Assembly: GCA_051294905.1 (NCBI GenBank)
Contig: CM119385.1
Location: forward strand, 12,710,001-12,774,000
DNA length: 64,000 nucleotides
Source: Botryllus schlosseri
Lineage: Eukaryota
Reading direction: 5' to 3'
Numbering within the stretch: position 1 is the stretch's first letter; every line of letters begins with the position of its first letter. Position numbers and translations under genes: made by a program. Of this stretch, positions 1 to 13,127 are shown in pieces. The notes beneath the pieces are model-generated. The model saw only the letters and a list, made by a program, of their open reading frames with translations, made no database searches and had not been told where the DNA came from.

Positions 1-11
1 TTACAACCCTG
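1..11. mobile_element. Terminal inverted repeat (TIR) of a GACTCGAGTC-rich hAT MITE (family A) extending left of the window
   Basis: TTACAACCCTG is identical to the family-A end at 7707-7717. Confidence 0.55.
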
Positions 12-98
12 CATATAAGCCATTTGGTGCTCCTTCATCATTCTTGTAGATATCGCACAAAGGCACTGCATTGTAGTCGTTGTGTATTTTTGTTTCAG

Positions 99-3000
99 GT
101 GATGTCAAAAGTAGTTGGGAACAGCGACAATCATCATTTATGGCCACATGTGGTGTCAACAGACATCTCACGACATGTCCACAAAATCAAAAGTAATGTC
201 TTTGTCGTTGCTGGTCATGTGAAGGGAAAGACACTTCTGCCGTTACCTGCGGGTTCGGAACGTGTCGATTCTCAGAAAGAAGAGGAAACTAGGTAATTTG
301 CATTTAGTGACAGTGGTGGTAAAATGTGGGGCTGATCTTGTGTATACAATAGAGCTCTTCTCCACGCAATTGAGACAGTTGTTATCGAATGGAGTCATCA
401 AATACGCAATGTCTTGAAGCAAGAGTCAGCGCAGCCTCTATTTGAGGGTAAAAACCCTGGGCCCGAAGTGGAAATCAAATTCTGGAATGCCAAATGCGTG
501 AACTTGGAATGCATCTACAATCAGGTAGGCCAAATCCATTTGTTGAACATGGTGCGTGCGACAAGTGCATCTCAATTCTGACATTATCGATTTGTAATGA
601 CATAAAATATGTATAATCTGCCTTTGAATGTCAGCCTGATATGCCTACTGATGTTTTCTTCAATATTCTGTTACTGTTAATCATTATTTCTCGAGGGTGG
701 TGCTGTGTTCTGTTTTCATGTAGTATTTCAGGAAATTGATGTCATTCATATTGAATTATACTCCCATAGTATTTAACATAGAATATAAAGTCTAGGTAGC
801 ATTCTCAGCAAATTACACAATTTGCCTAACCTGCGACTTATCTCGTCGTAGCAGTTCTAGCATATACGCAATACGCATATGCAATATGCATAGTCGCATA
901 TGCATGTACATCTGCACATTTCATTACTCAAACTAAAAAAAAATATGGTAACTTGAAATTGTCGGTCGGTTCAACATTTTATGAAACCACTTATGATTTG
1001 AAAGGTAGTGAGTTCTCCCAACACTGGTACCAATTCATAGCGATGCCAAATATAGAGTGTAGCCGTTCGGTCGTAGTCCTCGCTGTCTAACTGAATGCGG
1101 CTAAGTTACTTCATGTTCGACTGGACCCAGAGACACATTGCAGATTCGACGGATATATTACAGCGAATGCAGGCACAATAAACACATCAATACTTCTAAT
1201 CCAATCCGAGACTTAACACAGTAACAACTCCATACAATAACAACCCGAGACCAACTCCATACAAAGACCCAACTCCAATCACTTCCTATTTCCCAATACC
1301 GCATGCTACCTTACGCATGACTGGTCTTGCAACCAGATAGTCCGGAGTCATTATGACTCTGGAGCCGAGCGGTTACAAGAGTCCTATCTTACAATCACTA
1401 TTACTGTGGGCTTTGGTTATCCGGTTAGAATTACCAATATGAAATATTGATAGCACTATTTGTTTTGATATGTGCAACTTTCTATTTGTAGCTTTGTAAC
1501 TCAAAAGTAAGAAAAATGTCAACTCTACTGCGCATGTCCAACAGCAGTTATTATCCAGCACTTCGAGATGTATTTACAGATGTTGTTACTGGTAAGCTTT
1601 TCGGAATTGCATTGGCCTACTCCATTTATCAAATATTCTAATCAAACATATGGTGAACTACTACACTATCAGAACGCATGTATTACTCATATTAGCTCAA
1701 CTCCATTCATATTATTCTTTTAGTCTAAATCAAGTGCCCAATGGTTTTCAGCATGCGAACTACTAATAAAGTGATCAGGCCTGAATGATCAAACTACATA
1801 ATTGACTATGTACACTTATGTCATATACCAAGTTTACCTGAATTTACATGTATAACACCCTGAATTGAGACTTAGTCATAGTTTTTCATGTATCTGCTGG
1901 TGGCATTGGCAAGCATTGTGGAATTTTACAAAGTTCATCAGTCATTATGAAATGATACAGCAATCACAAGAGGGTATGAATGATAGGCTGATGTTAATTT
2001 TTTCATACAATTCACATATTTGACACTACACAGCATGATGCACAACATATTGTCCTCATGATTCTTCTGTATCAACATTCTAATGTTTCTACTGCAGCAT
2101 TACGTGAAGCAAGAGACATCAGGATTCATCTGAACCAGCTTAGACCATTTCTTGATGACATGGAGCAAACTGAATTGACGGAGGTGACGTTGTACATATT
2201 CAATCTGCACACATACGTACTTCATTATATATTGGTATACCAGCTGTCACCGATGTAGATGTTCCCTAACGTTACACAATAATGATCCATCAGCATTTGT
2301 TCACAAGACTTGTATCTTGTATCTGAAAACGTTGTCATACTTTGCCTTGGCAAACATGTCGCTGCAAAAGTGTACCGTACCCTCTCAAAATGTAGTTATA
2401 GTTGGGATCATTGAGGTAATGATACAGCATTTGTATTTCAGATGGGCCCAAAGTTCAAATCATTGATGCATGTAATCTGTCTGATCTGGTCCTCTTCAAA
2501 GTACTATTGCACGCCGCCTCGCATCATTGTGTTTTTGAGAGAATTTTGCAACTTCTTGATCGATATCGTACGTAGATTTTAATCATTTAATTATTTCAGC
2601 ATAGTTTACACGCATAAAATGTAATTCAGACATCCGCCTTTTTACAACCGGACGAGCTGTTGAAAGGGGAGTTGGACGAAAGCTTGGAAAAAGTCAAGGT
2701 TGCGATCAAAGCCATCGAAGAGTTTTACGCGACTTATGAAATGTTCAAGTCGAGGATCCATACCTATTTTAAGGTTTATCATTTTGATAATGGTGGCATT
2801 TGTCGAGACGTAGGCGTCAGGGTGCTCTTTTTCAGACTGAACGTGAAGCGAAACGATGGGAGTTTGCACCGGAGCTTGTGTTTTCGCGAATGAACTTATT
2901 CCTGGATCGGTTGAACACCGTTCAGGTTAGTGAACTTTCAAAGTTCAAATTTTTGAACATTGTCAATTCCCTTGTTTCCAGTGGGCAAAATCATGTCTTT

Positions 3001-6000
3001 GGTCCCGAATTGTGAGTATTGTCCTTACGGAAATAAATTTGGGCTAGTAAATTAGTGCTAATCATACTGAATACATAAGTATATTGTTCTCTCATGTGTT
3101 ATCGATTCCGTTGTTGAAGAATAATTACATTGAATTCATAGTTGACTTTCGTCGTTCATGTTAACGGATCTACACAGGCATAGAACGTAACAGCTTTTAT
3201 ACTTTCATGCAATGGAGAATTGTAAAATCTCACTAATTCTGACATATGATCCTTGGATATTGCAAACGAAACTCTTCATTGATAAATTTGCTGCTCTGGC
3301 TGCAACTCTCAATCTAACAAGCTCACAGGCTTGATTTGATGTTGTCTATGAGCATATTTACTAAATCACTAGTTGCATGGCTTTTTTGCCGTCTAATATA
3401 ACAAAGCGTATATCTGAAGACTTGAAATATTGCAGGAATTCTTTGCTACGAGTCAGGAATTTTTCAAGCTCGAGAAGATCGAATTTGGCGGGGTGAAGGG
3501 TAAAGTTTTGAGTCAGCTTGTGGTGAAGGTGTACGATGAGTTTCAAAGTGCTTACAAAGTGTTTGGGGAGAGGACTTATAATCCGTTAGACCCCGAGGAC
3601 TCCGTAAGTACCGACTGTATTTTGTTTTCGTGCTATTTCTTCTACGGCAAAATTGATTTCAGTCGTTTGACAATGATTTGAAAGCTTTCCAAAGATGTAT
3701 ATCCGACTTGGAAATGCAGCTCGCTAAAATCGTCTGCCAGGGATTTGATGACTGCTCCGGTATCGAATCGATGTTCAAGGTAGATCTTACTATTTTTGAT
3801 GTATGTGATGCTGTCTGAATAGGCTCTGCACTTAATCATGTGACTTCATGCATGCATGAGGATTTAGCAATGGTGAATGTCGGCGACGCGTCCAATTACT
3901 AGACGATATCGTCATCTCGTGATGATTTTAACCTATAAAACATACATGAATGAAGTATGTTGTAATTAATAACTTATGAAAACCAGTATTTGGGTGTATT
4001 GTTGAGGTGTATTGTTGACAGACTATGATAAGTCAGCATTTTGGCTACAAATTGATTCACGATTCACGATTTGATCTATTTTGTCATAAAATCTAATTTT
4101 AGCTCGACCCAGCTAACTATTTCAAATATTGGCCAGTGTTTTAATATGAATGTTTCTCATCGCTAATATTTACAAGGCTACTAGCTTTTGCAAGGCTAAC
4201 ATCTGCTTATTGTTGTCATCAGCTGCTGAGTATGTTCGGCAGTTTGCTGGACCGCCCGGTGATTAAAGACAAGTTTGATGCCAGATACTCCTATCTCCTA
4301 TCCATTTTCAATGACACGTTGGACGAAGTGAAACAGATATTCGATGGTCATATTTGCGACGTCACTAACGAGGTATGGACGGTAAAATAACAAAATAGGC
4401 ACGGTACACATGTGTGCGTTATGTCTGTTCCAAATCAGGTTGATGGCGGCCGGCTTTATCCTACCGCCCATAAGAACCAACCTGCCGTGGCGGGGCAGTT
4501 GAAATGGGCTGTCGAAATGGAGCAGAGGATTACTTGGCCCTTGGAAAGCTTCAAGCTTCTCAAACATCCGTGAGTTTCGTAACGATATTCTATAGAATTG
4601 ATCATGTTTGATTATAATAATATGTTGAATTAATTAATGGTTTGTGCATAGTGATATGAGTTTGTATTATGATTGAGATATTGCATTTTGAAGTCAAACA
4701 CAGCCAGAGGTGGTCAAGTAGAAGTGGAAGTCTCGCCATGAGTTTCTACTCAATTAGATATAGAAATTTGCCGCTTCGCTTCCGCTTGATATTCGGTTTA
4801 CTGGACGGTATGGAAAACGCTCAGTGATCACTTTGCATTTTTTCAGGTGTTTCGATAGCGATTCTGCCAGGCTTGTATTCATCAAACAAGAGCGCATGGT
4901 GGCTCTCCTGCAAAAGTATTTACTTCGCTTTACCTAAGAATGTACGTGACGACTAACCTTTACTTTTGGAACAGATATCGGCGAGATGTCTTCAATGCTT
5001 GGGTCTCGGGCGTAGAGGAAAAATGCACTTACAATTTGGGGCAGCCACTCATCAATAGAAACCCAGACTCCAAGCTGATATCTGTCAATTTTGACCCGCA
5101 GGTTGTATTTGGAATATTTGTTGATGTGTTTGACTTCTTGCTTCCAGTAAAGTAGACTATTGATTGAATTGTGGTGTTATCGGTGCAAAGTAGAGTTTAA
5201 TGATAAGGTTTGAATTCCTTGTATATTGTGTAACTGTGCTGAATCATTGATGCAAGTCAGAACAATGAAATAAGTTACCTGAAAATAATTCAGGACAATA
5301 CGTCTTGGACATGGATTTGACCGTAGTCAAATTCAAAAATTGCAATATATGTATCGGTGACGGTGACAATCGCAAAATTACTAATGGCACAGTTTATCAA
5401 TATCCTAAAGCATTCTATTATGTGATCATGAGACAGGGCTACGTTGTCCAGTTTTACTTTCTGTTACTGAAATAAATAACGTTTAAAATAATTGAAAGAC
5501 TACTTTTCGGATTTTTTATGATTGTGATATTGTGCTTTCATAAGAACATTTATAATATCATTTATCCATTTAAAGGCTTTTTGCGTGCCTCTTATCAAGA
5601 GTTCCGACACAATAAAGGAAATCAAACAGAGTTGAATTAAAACACAAATGGATTTTGTGCGTTGAGAATATGAAAGACCTAGGCTGAAAAGTTGCTTCCG
5701 TTTATAGACTGCTTTTTTCACAAACCCTGGCAAATAAGAATTTACAATTTTCAGCTCATCGCAGTGCTGCGCGAAGTCCGTTATCTGAAATTCATGGAAA
5801 CCGAAATGGTTCCACAAGGCGCCATCACTTTATACAATCAGCACGACAAATTCCGCAACTACGTTGCCAACTTGGATCTGACTGTAAAATGGTACAATCA
5901 CGTCAGGCAGAATGTCCTCAATGTCGAGTTACCGTTGATCGCTTCTCAACTGGAGGAGATTGACGGCGTTTTGAACAAGTCCGAATCCACTCTGTCATGG

Positions 6001-9000
6001 GTGTCAGATGGTAAGTCAATGTATGGTATGTGGTGAGGCTGTTTAGAGAAAATCAGAATGCAATTTTAGGAATCTGGGAGTACATACAGGAGACAAGAGA
6101 CCAAGTTTGCGATTTACAAGTGCGGGTGCAGAAAGCCAAAGCTAACGTGGAGAAAATTGAATCCATCATGAAGGTAGTATGCGTGTGTCGATTACATTAT
6201 TCTTCATTGACTTGAGAGCAGGGTTGTAACCAAGTCACAAGGTTCCGAGTCACAAATCAATCTCACTTTTACAGTTTTGACTCGAGACATGTCGAGTGAT
6301 TTTCAATTCACCACCGAGTCAAGTCCAAGTCAGTGAGTAGAGGGTCGAGTCCGAGTCATAATGTTCACTGTTCAGTTTTTATTTCAATGCGGTTCAACCC
6401 ACGTTTTTGAACTCCACTCGAGTGATATATAGAATGGCTCACATTCAAAATATCGTAATTTCCCTCAGTCCTAACAGTTCCTGGCCCTATTTTCCAAGTA
6501 TCAGGACTGATAGACGAAATACCAATAATGTGGGGACTTTACTATTCTTCGAAGTTGAAATGTCTGTCTTGGCCGACCTAGTCTCGAGTCATATAACCTG
6601 GTTCTAGTCATGCACAATGACTCTAGTCCAGGGGTGGGCAAACTTTTGAGCTCGCGGGCCGCATTCGACATCTGCATCCATTCGCGGGCCGCACTATATA
6701 AAATTGGGACTATACACCTAAACGCAGTAGTGGTATTTGATTATATCATATAGCGATGACATGGAGATAATATATAAGCTTATTCAATGCAAACCAAACA
6801 TTACTTTGATGATATCGGACAAGCGTGAGAAACACTGGCGAGATTTCATAGGCTGGTCGACCTCAATAACCAATTTTTCGGTTGTCCCGATTCTTAGAAC
6901 AGAATTGAAATTTGAATCTGTGAGCATCTGTTCCAGGACACCCAATGCTGACAGCATCATAACCATGTCAGCTTCAAAGACGCTTCTACTATGTATGGAC
7001 AAAATATAAATACCCTAATTGTACGCATGCAGAAAACGAATCTACCTAAGACACGCGCGATTAACGAATCTACTTAAGACACGCACGAATCGTTATTATA
7101 AGCACACCACTGAAATATTTAAAACTGGACTGGCCAATCTGAAATCACACGCGTGATCCGAATTATGTCAATGTCGTTTAGGATTTCTGTTATGTTTACC
7201 AGTTGAAACCTTTTAAACTGCGTGGGCCTTGATATCTGGCTGTCGTTCCAGTAATTGAACATCAAAGTAATATGGGAAGTATATACCCTAGAATCGTATG
7301 TAAATCGCGCGGAGCGCGAAAAAAATTTCAGTTGAGCTCAGCTTCGCGCCCCCTTCAGATGCTTTCACGGCCCCCAAGGTGGGTGCGCCCCTTCGTTTGA
7401 CAACCACTGTCTTAGAATTATTATGGTGAAATATACTAAGAAAAATCAATTAATCAAGTCCCTGCATTCATTCGATTTTTAGTACGCGTTTGATCAGTAT
7501 TTTTGATAAGTTTCTTTAGACTCTCGCGGGCCGCACATAACGGTGTCGAGGGCCGCATGCGGCCCGCGGGCCGTAGTTTGCCCATCCCTGCTCTAGTCCA
7601 AGTCGAGTCAATACACAATTTGACTCTAGTCTAGTTATTTTATGCATTTGAAAAAAGGACTCGAGTCAAGTTGAATCACCCAAAAATCGTGACTCAAGTC
7701 GAGTCATTACAACCCTGCTTGAGAGTAGCGGGTCCATTACATGAATCCTCTAATTTCGAATTTGAGTGTGAACAGAGTGTCAAAAGATATTTCCAATCAA
7801 ACTTTGTTACGAGCTTGCTGATCTATTGATTGAACCAGTTCCAAGGCCCTGTCAAGTTTGAAAATCAACTGTGTTGCTGCATATGACCTCAATATATGAT
7901 TTTTGTAGTAATTTTTTTCATCATCATTCTGCAAATTTTGTCTTGTATTGTGTAGCTCTGAATTTTCTGTTCAATTTTAGAAATGGAGTGAGACGCCCTT
8001 ATTCGAAAGAAAGCTGGATATCAAAGGGGCGCTTCTAAATCTTGATGACAGGAAAGACAGATTGGCAAAGCGTTACAGCTCCATCACGGCAGACGGAGAA
8101 ATGATTCACCAGCTTGTACAAGTCTGTTTCATTACAGCATACACTATTTTAATCTACTCGATTCGTTAATTGTTTATTAAAATGAACAAATTGTTGTGAT
8201 GCCAGTATTTGGAAAAAAATGCATCATTGCTAGTCATATTTCTCCGGTTTTGCAGTCAATAATTTGTTTCCCAAATTTCATTATTCAGGAGAATCTGAGC
8301 TTGTATAAGGCGGACGGAGAGTCGGAAGAATGGAAGGCTTATATCAGCTACGTTGATGATATGTTAGTCGATGGATTCTTCTCATGCATTTATTGCTCAC
8401 TCAATTATCTGATTGATAACACAGAGGTTTGTGTTCCACATTTTCCATATTTCTGTTTTTCTTTGTGAGTATTAGCCAATGGAAGTATAAATAAGCTTCC
8501 TTTATTAATCCCATTGGATACCGCTACTAATGTTTGACTATTGTGCCAGATGTTTTAAGCCATTGCTCGTTATGTGTTTAAACTGACAACAGTGCGATGA
8601 AGCAATAATTATGTTGCAATTATAATCAATACTCAAAGCAATATTTTGTTACCACAATTGGATTATAACTACTACGTTGTGTGTTACCAATTGCAACCTC
8701 TAATGCAGCGAATGAGGAATTACATCTTTGAGTAAGATCGCAGGGGTGTGGCATTCAGGGATGAGTACATGCCAAAGAGTGATAGGGTGCAAAAGTTTCT
8801 TTATTTAACCTATGAAATAGAATGTAATTATTGACGATTATATTTGTTTTTGGTTTTTAGCATACCTATGATTGATTCCAACCAATTCCAACCTCGAGAC
8901 ATTTTTTCTGTATTCAATTCATGACGCCTATGACGCATTTTGAGAGCGGGAATCAGATAACGTAATGTCATTGTAAACTTTCTGACAATATTACCCCTAT

Positions 9001-12000
9001 AACCAGGTCGAGGTGAGTCCTTTGTTTTCCGCGGAACTCGAACTTCAAGCCCCCGACATGGTTTTCCAACCATCCCTCGGGGTCGTGCCGCAAGATGGGT
9101 TTTTGCGAATCATCGACAGCCTGTTGGAGGATATCTACAAGATGAGTGCATTGGTGCCTCGTATTTGCCATGCCGAATTTACAGACTACTCCGTATGTAT
9201 CTGTCATCAAAAATCCTATTCCCGAGTAACTTCTACTTCCGGTTCGGCAGGCCGATATGGAAGATATGGAGGAGTTGAACGTGATGAGGAGTGATTTGAT
9301 AAACCGTGTGCAGGAAGCGATGGATAAAGCCATCGCGTTTTCAGAGGAATTTTTGGAGTATTCCAATTTGTGGACGGACGATAGACAGGTACCTGACTTT
9401 TCTGAATTTAAACGAGGCCGTGTTGCTACTGAGGCTATAGTTTGAGAAATAATTGATTTTTGACGTGGTATACAAATAAGCCGTGTTGTATTGTGTCATA
9501 TCGATATTAAACTATCACATCAAAAACGATAGTAGTTATTTTGGGGGTCTTTCTTGCTTTGATATATTGGGATTTGTTACTCAAGTGTCCCATCGTTATC
9601 AAAGCTAAGAGCATCTGAATATCCATCAATATAAAGGCGAATGTTGTCTCATAGTTTCCAGCTCTCAATTATATATGTCGAACTCTTTTCGAACATATTC
9701 GCTGATTTTACTCAGTACGATGCAACAATACGGTCTCAGTGCAGAGGGTGGAGCCACAGCGTAATAATCGACAGCAAGATTACAAATACACGCTGTACAA
9801 AACATGTATGAGATATCAAGTCGCACCAAATATCTCGGTCATTACAACACTACATATATCTAGTTTGAATCACATTGAATTAATATCCGATTGTCTTCAA
9901 GGAATTCATGCAGCAATTTTTAACTTACGGACACATTTTAACGGCCGAAGAGATTGAGATGCACGGAGACGAGGGCGTTCCCAAGTCCCCTCCGAGTCTC
10001 ACACAATTCAAAGAGCAGGTCAGTGATAATCTTATTCATTACACGCTACAGCGATTTAAATCTTTCCCGTTCCAACGCAGATCGATTCTTACGAGAGCCT
10101 ATATCAAGTGATCGCTGAAGTGGAACCTACTCGTATTTTCGACGGCTGGTTCATCATCAACATCAAGCCCTTCAAGCAAGCTTTGCTGAACACTGTGAAA
10201 CGATGGAGCTTCATGTTTAAAGAAGTGAGCCTTCATTTTATTTTGCTCGAGAAATAGACACAATCTGACATATTAGTGTGGAGAGCTGGTCAAAGTACGA
10301 GAAGAATTCCAACTAAGTAAAAAAGTATTCCAAATCCTTAATTGTGCCTAAAAATTAAACTGTCAAGTAGAAGTAATTTAAATTCATAACTCTTCGATTA
10401 AGTAGTGCAAGTACAAGTTACAGACCACCTCAGTGTGTAGGAGTCCGAAGACTCTGCATCCTTTCTCTTTTTTTGGTATTCTCCAATCCGACTAGTAATA
10501 CCACCCAAAATCTTCGATCTCTGGTCTCCGGCTTAACATGTGCTACAAGAAGACAAATCCAACAATTAGAATCAATCAACTTCCTCACAACATGCTATAA
10601 ACTTTGGGGCTCACGTTCCCATCTGGTTCTGACCAGAGCGGGTCAAAGCAGTCGTTGCTACTCAAGTAGAATTAACATTGAAAATTTATAATCAAGTACA
10701 AATAGCAATTTCCAAGAATGTACAAAGTAAGTACTCTAGGCCTAGTTCTGCCTAAAAAACTGAAAACTTATAAGAAGTACTCCATTACCGACCACCTTCT
10801 GGTTCTGACAGTACTCCTTGTACATGCTGCACTTGCTTACATCACAGAAATAAAAATTAATTCGGAATGATTTTTGGATTTAAATCCTTACTGTGTTGCG
10901 CAGCATCTGATCAGCCACGTCGAGAACAGCCTGTCCGGTCTGAAGACGTTCATCAAAGTGGCGGAGGGCGGTCTCCGCGAGGAGGTCATGGAAGGCGATT
11001 ACGACGGACTGGTCGATTGCATGGGACATCTCATGGCAGTTCGAGACCGCACCGAAACCACCGATACCATGTTCGAACCGTTGAAGCTCACGATAGATTT
11101 ACTGAAGGTGAAGTTTTCTTTTGATGGATTTTTCGACATTTTTGTTCTTTCTGAAAATACTGTAATTTGTCTTCGTTGGAAACCTCAATCAATCGAAAGA
11201 AATGTTACTAACACTACTGTTTTGGTTCATGTGTCACAACAATATCCACACTGTGTTCTCTGAGAGAATTTTGAATTTTTGCTGAATTGCATACAAGATG
11301 TCTGTCACTGTCAACAACGGAAGCCGTTTTATTTAACTTTAGTTCGCTTATGCTTGTGGTACTTGTTTTTGTATTCGTTTCTTTGTTTGCTGTATCTTTT
11401 TACTTAACGTAGGGGATAAATTGATTACATCCAAATATGTACATTGTACATATATATATGACTCCGGCCTTGATGTCATATCAAGTCTCCTTGTTAATAC
11501 CATCTTAGGTCAGTTTCGCGATAATGATCTCAATTTGTGACTTGCACGGTTACTAACACTGCATTTTGTATTTCATGGTTGATAAAATCAAAAAACTCTT
11601 TCTCCCTCTCTCTATCAAATTTCAGCTTTTTTTTCAATTATCTGTTGCCTCATTCAACATGAATATCAGTATCAAATGTGTATCAGTATCGATGAATATG
11701 TACAACTCCCAACTTCAGCTGATATTTTCAGATTTTGTCTGATAGGAATAATCACCGAAGCCTCAGAATGCGTGCCGTGGCGCTGTGCGATTGATTTACA
11801 TTCACAGCAAACAAGTGCGTTGTTTTTCGTCTTCAGAGTTACGACCAGGAGATGTCCGAGGAGGTCCATCACCAACTCCAAGAACTCCCGGATCAATGGA
11901 CTAATATCAAGAAGCTCGCGGTCATTGTGAAGCAAACCGTGACGCCGCTGCAGGTCGGTTCTGAGCGTCCTATTTTCGTTGATCATGTCGATTGCTGCAT

Positions 12001-13127
12001 TTTGCACTGACGATATTCCATTGACTTGCAATACTTCATTAAGTCATCTGCCGTCACTCATTGCAAGCAGATATATTCGAACATGGTATAGTATTTATGT
12101 CGAGGGGCCGGAAACCCCTGACACTCAAGATTATTTTAGAAATATATTTGCTTTTTACAGGGAAAAATAAATATTTAAAATAAAAAATCTTGACATTCCT
12201 GAAATTCAAACCCATCGCCTGCAGTTTTGGTAGCGAGTCAATATGCGATGACACTGAATGCGGCCCGAGGTTGCTTATAAACTGACATGTGATATGATAT
12301 GATATGCAATCGTCAGCGAATGGAGAATTTAAAAAACATGCATCTAGCTACATTGCATACTACCAATTATGACTTCATAGAAACAAACAACATGAAATAC
12401 AGGCAAACAGCATATTATTAAAATGCATATTGAAGTTCTGTACCCCAAAGAGTATCTTCAGTTTGATATGTTCAACATGTCCTTGAATTCTTCCATTTTT
12501 CTTGTAATATTGTCCCGGGATCGATGTCACTACGGCTGCACTGTTACTGTCTGTTAATACCATGGATTATTCATATAAATAGTACCGTGTATACTGTTAT
12601 TATACTTATGCGATGCAGTGGATAACGAGGCTTGATGGAGGTAATGAAGAACACACTTACTGTCTGCTGATACCATAGGTTATTCATATACATAATACCG
12701 TATATACGACTATTATACATATGCGATGCAGTGGATAACGAGGCTTAATGGATATAATGAAGAACACACTTACTGTCTGCTGATACCATAGGTTATTCAT
12801 ATACATAATACCGTATATACGACTATTATACATATGCCATTTCCAAAATATAGTTTTTTTCCGTTTTTTCTAATCAGTTCCTCTGCGTATTTTCAGGCCA
12901 ATGAAGTGTCGATTATTCGTCGCAAGTGCGCCAGTTTCGATGTCAAACAGCACGAGTTTCGCGAAAGGTTCCGGAAAGAAATCGTTTTCCGTTTCGATTG
13001 CGAGGACCCGTACACTTGTATCGATCGGATGAACGAAGAGATCACGGAACACGAGAACGAGATGCATCAACTTTACGAGTCTGCCGGACTTTTCGAAGTC
13101 AATATTCACGATTATAAGCAGCTCAAG
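99..13127 (+). CDS. Dynein heavy chain N-terminal tail, exons 1-24 (DHC_N1 region)
   Basis: Motifs [62 protein letters not shown]. Confidence 0.93.
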
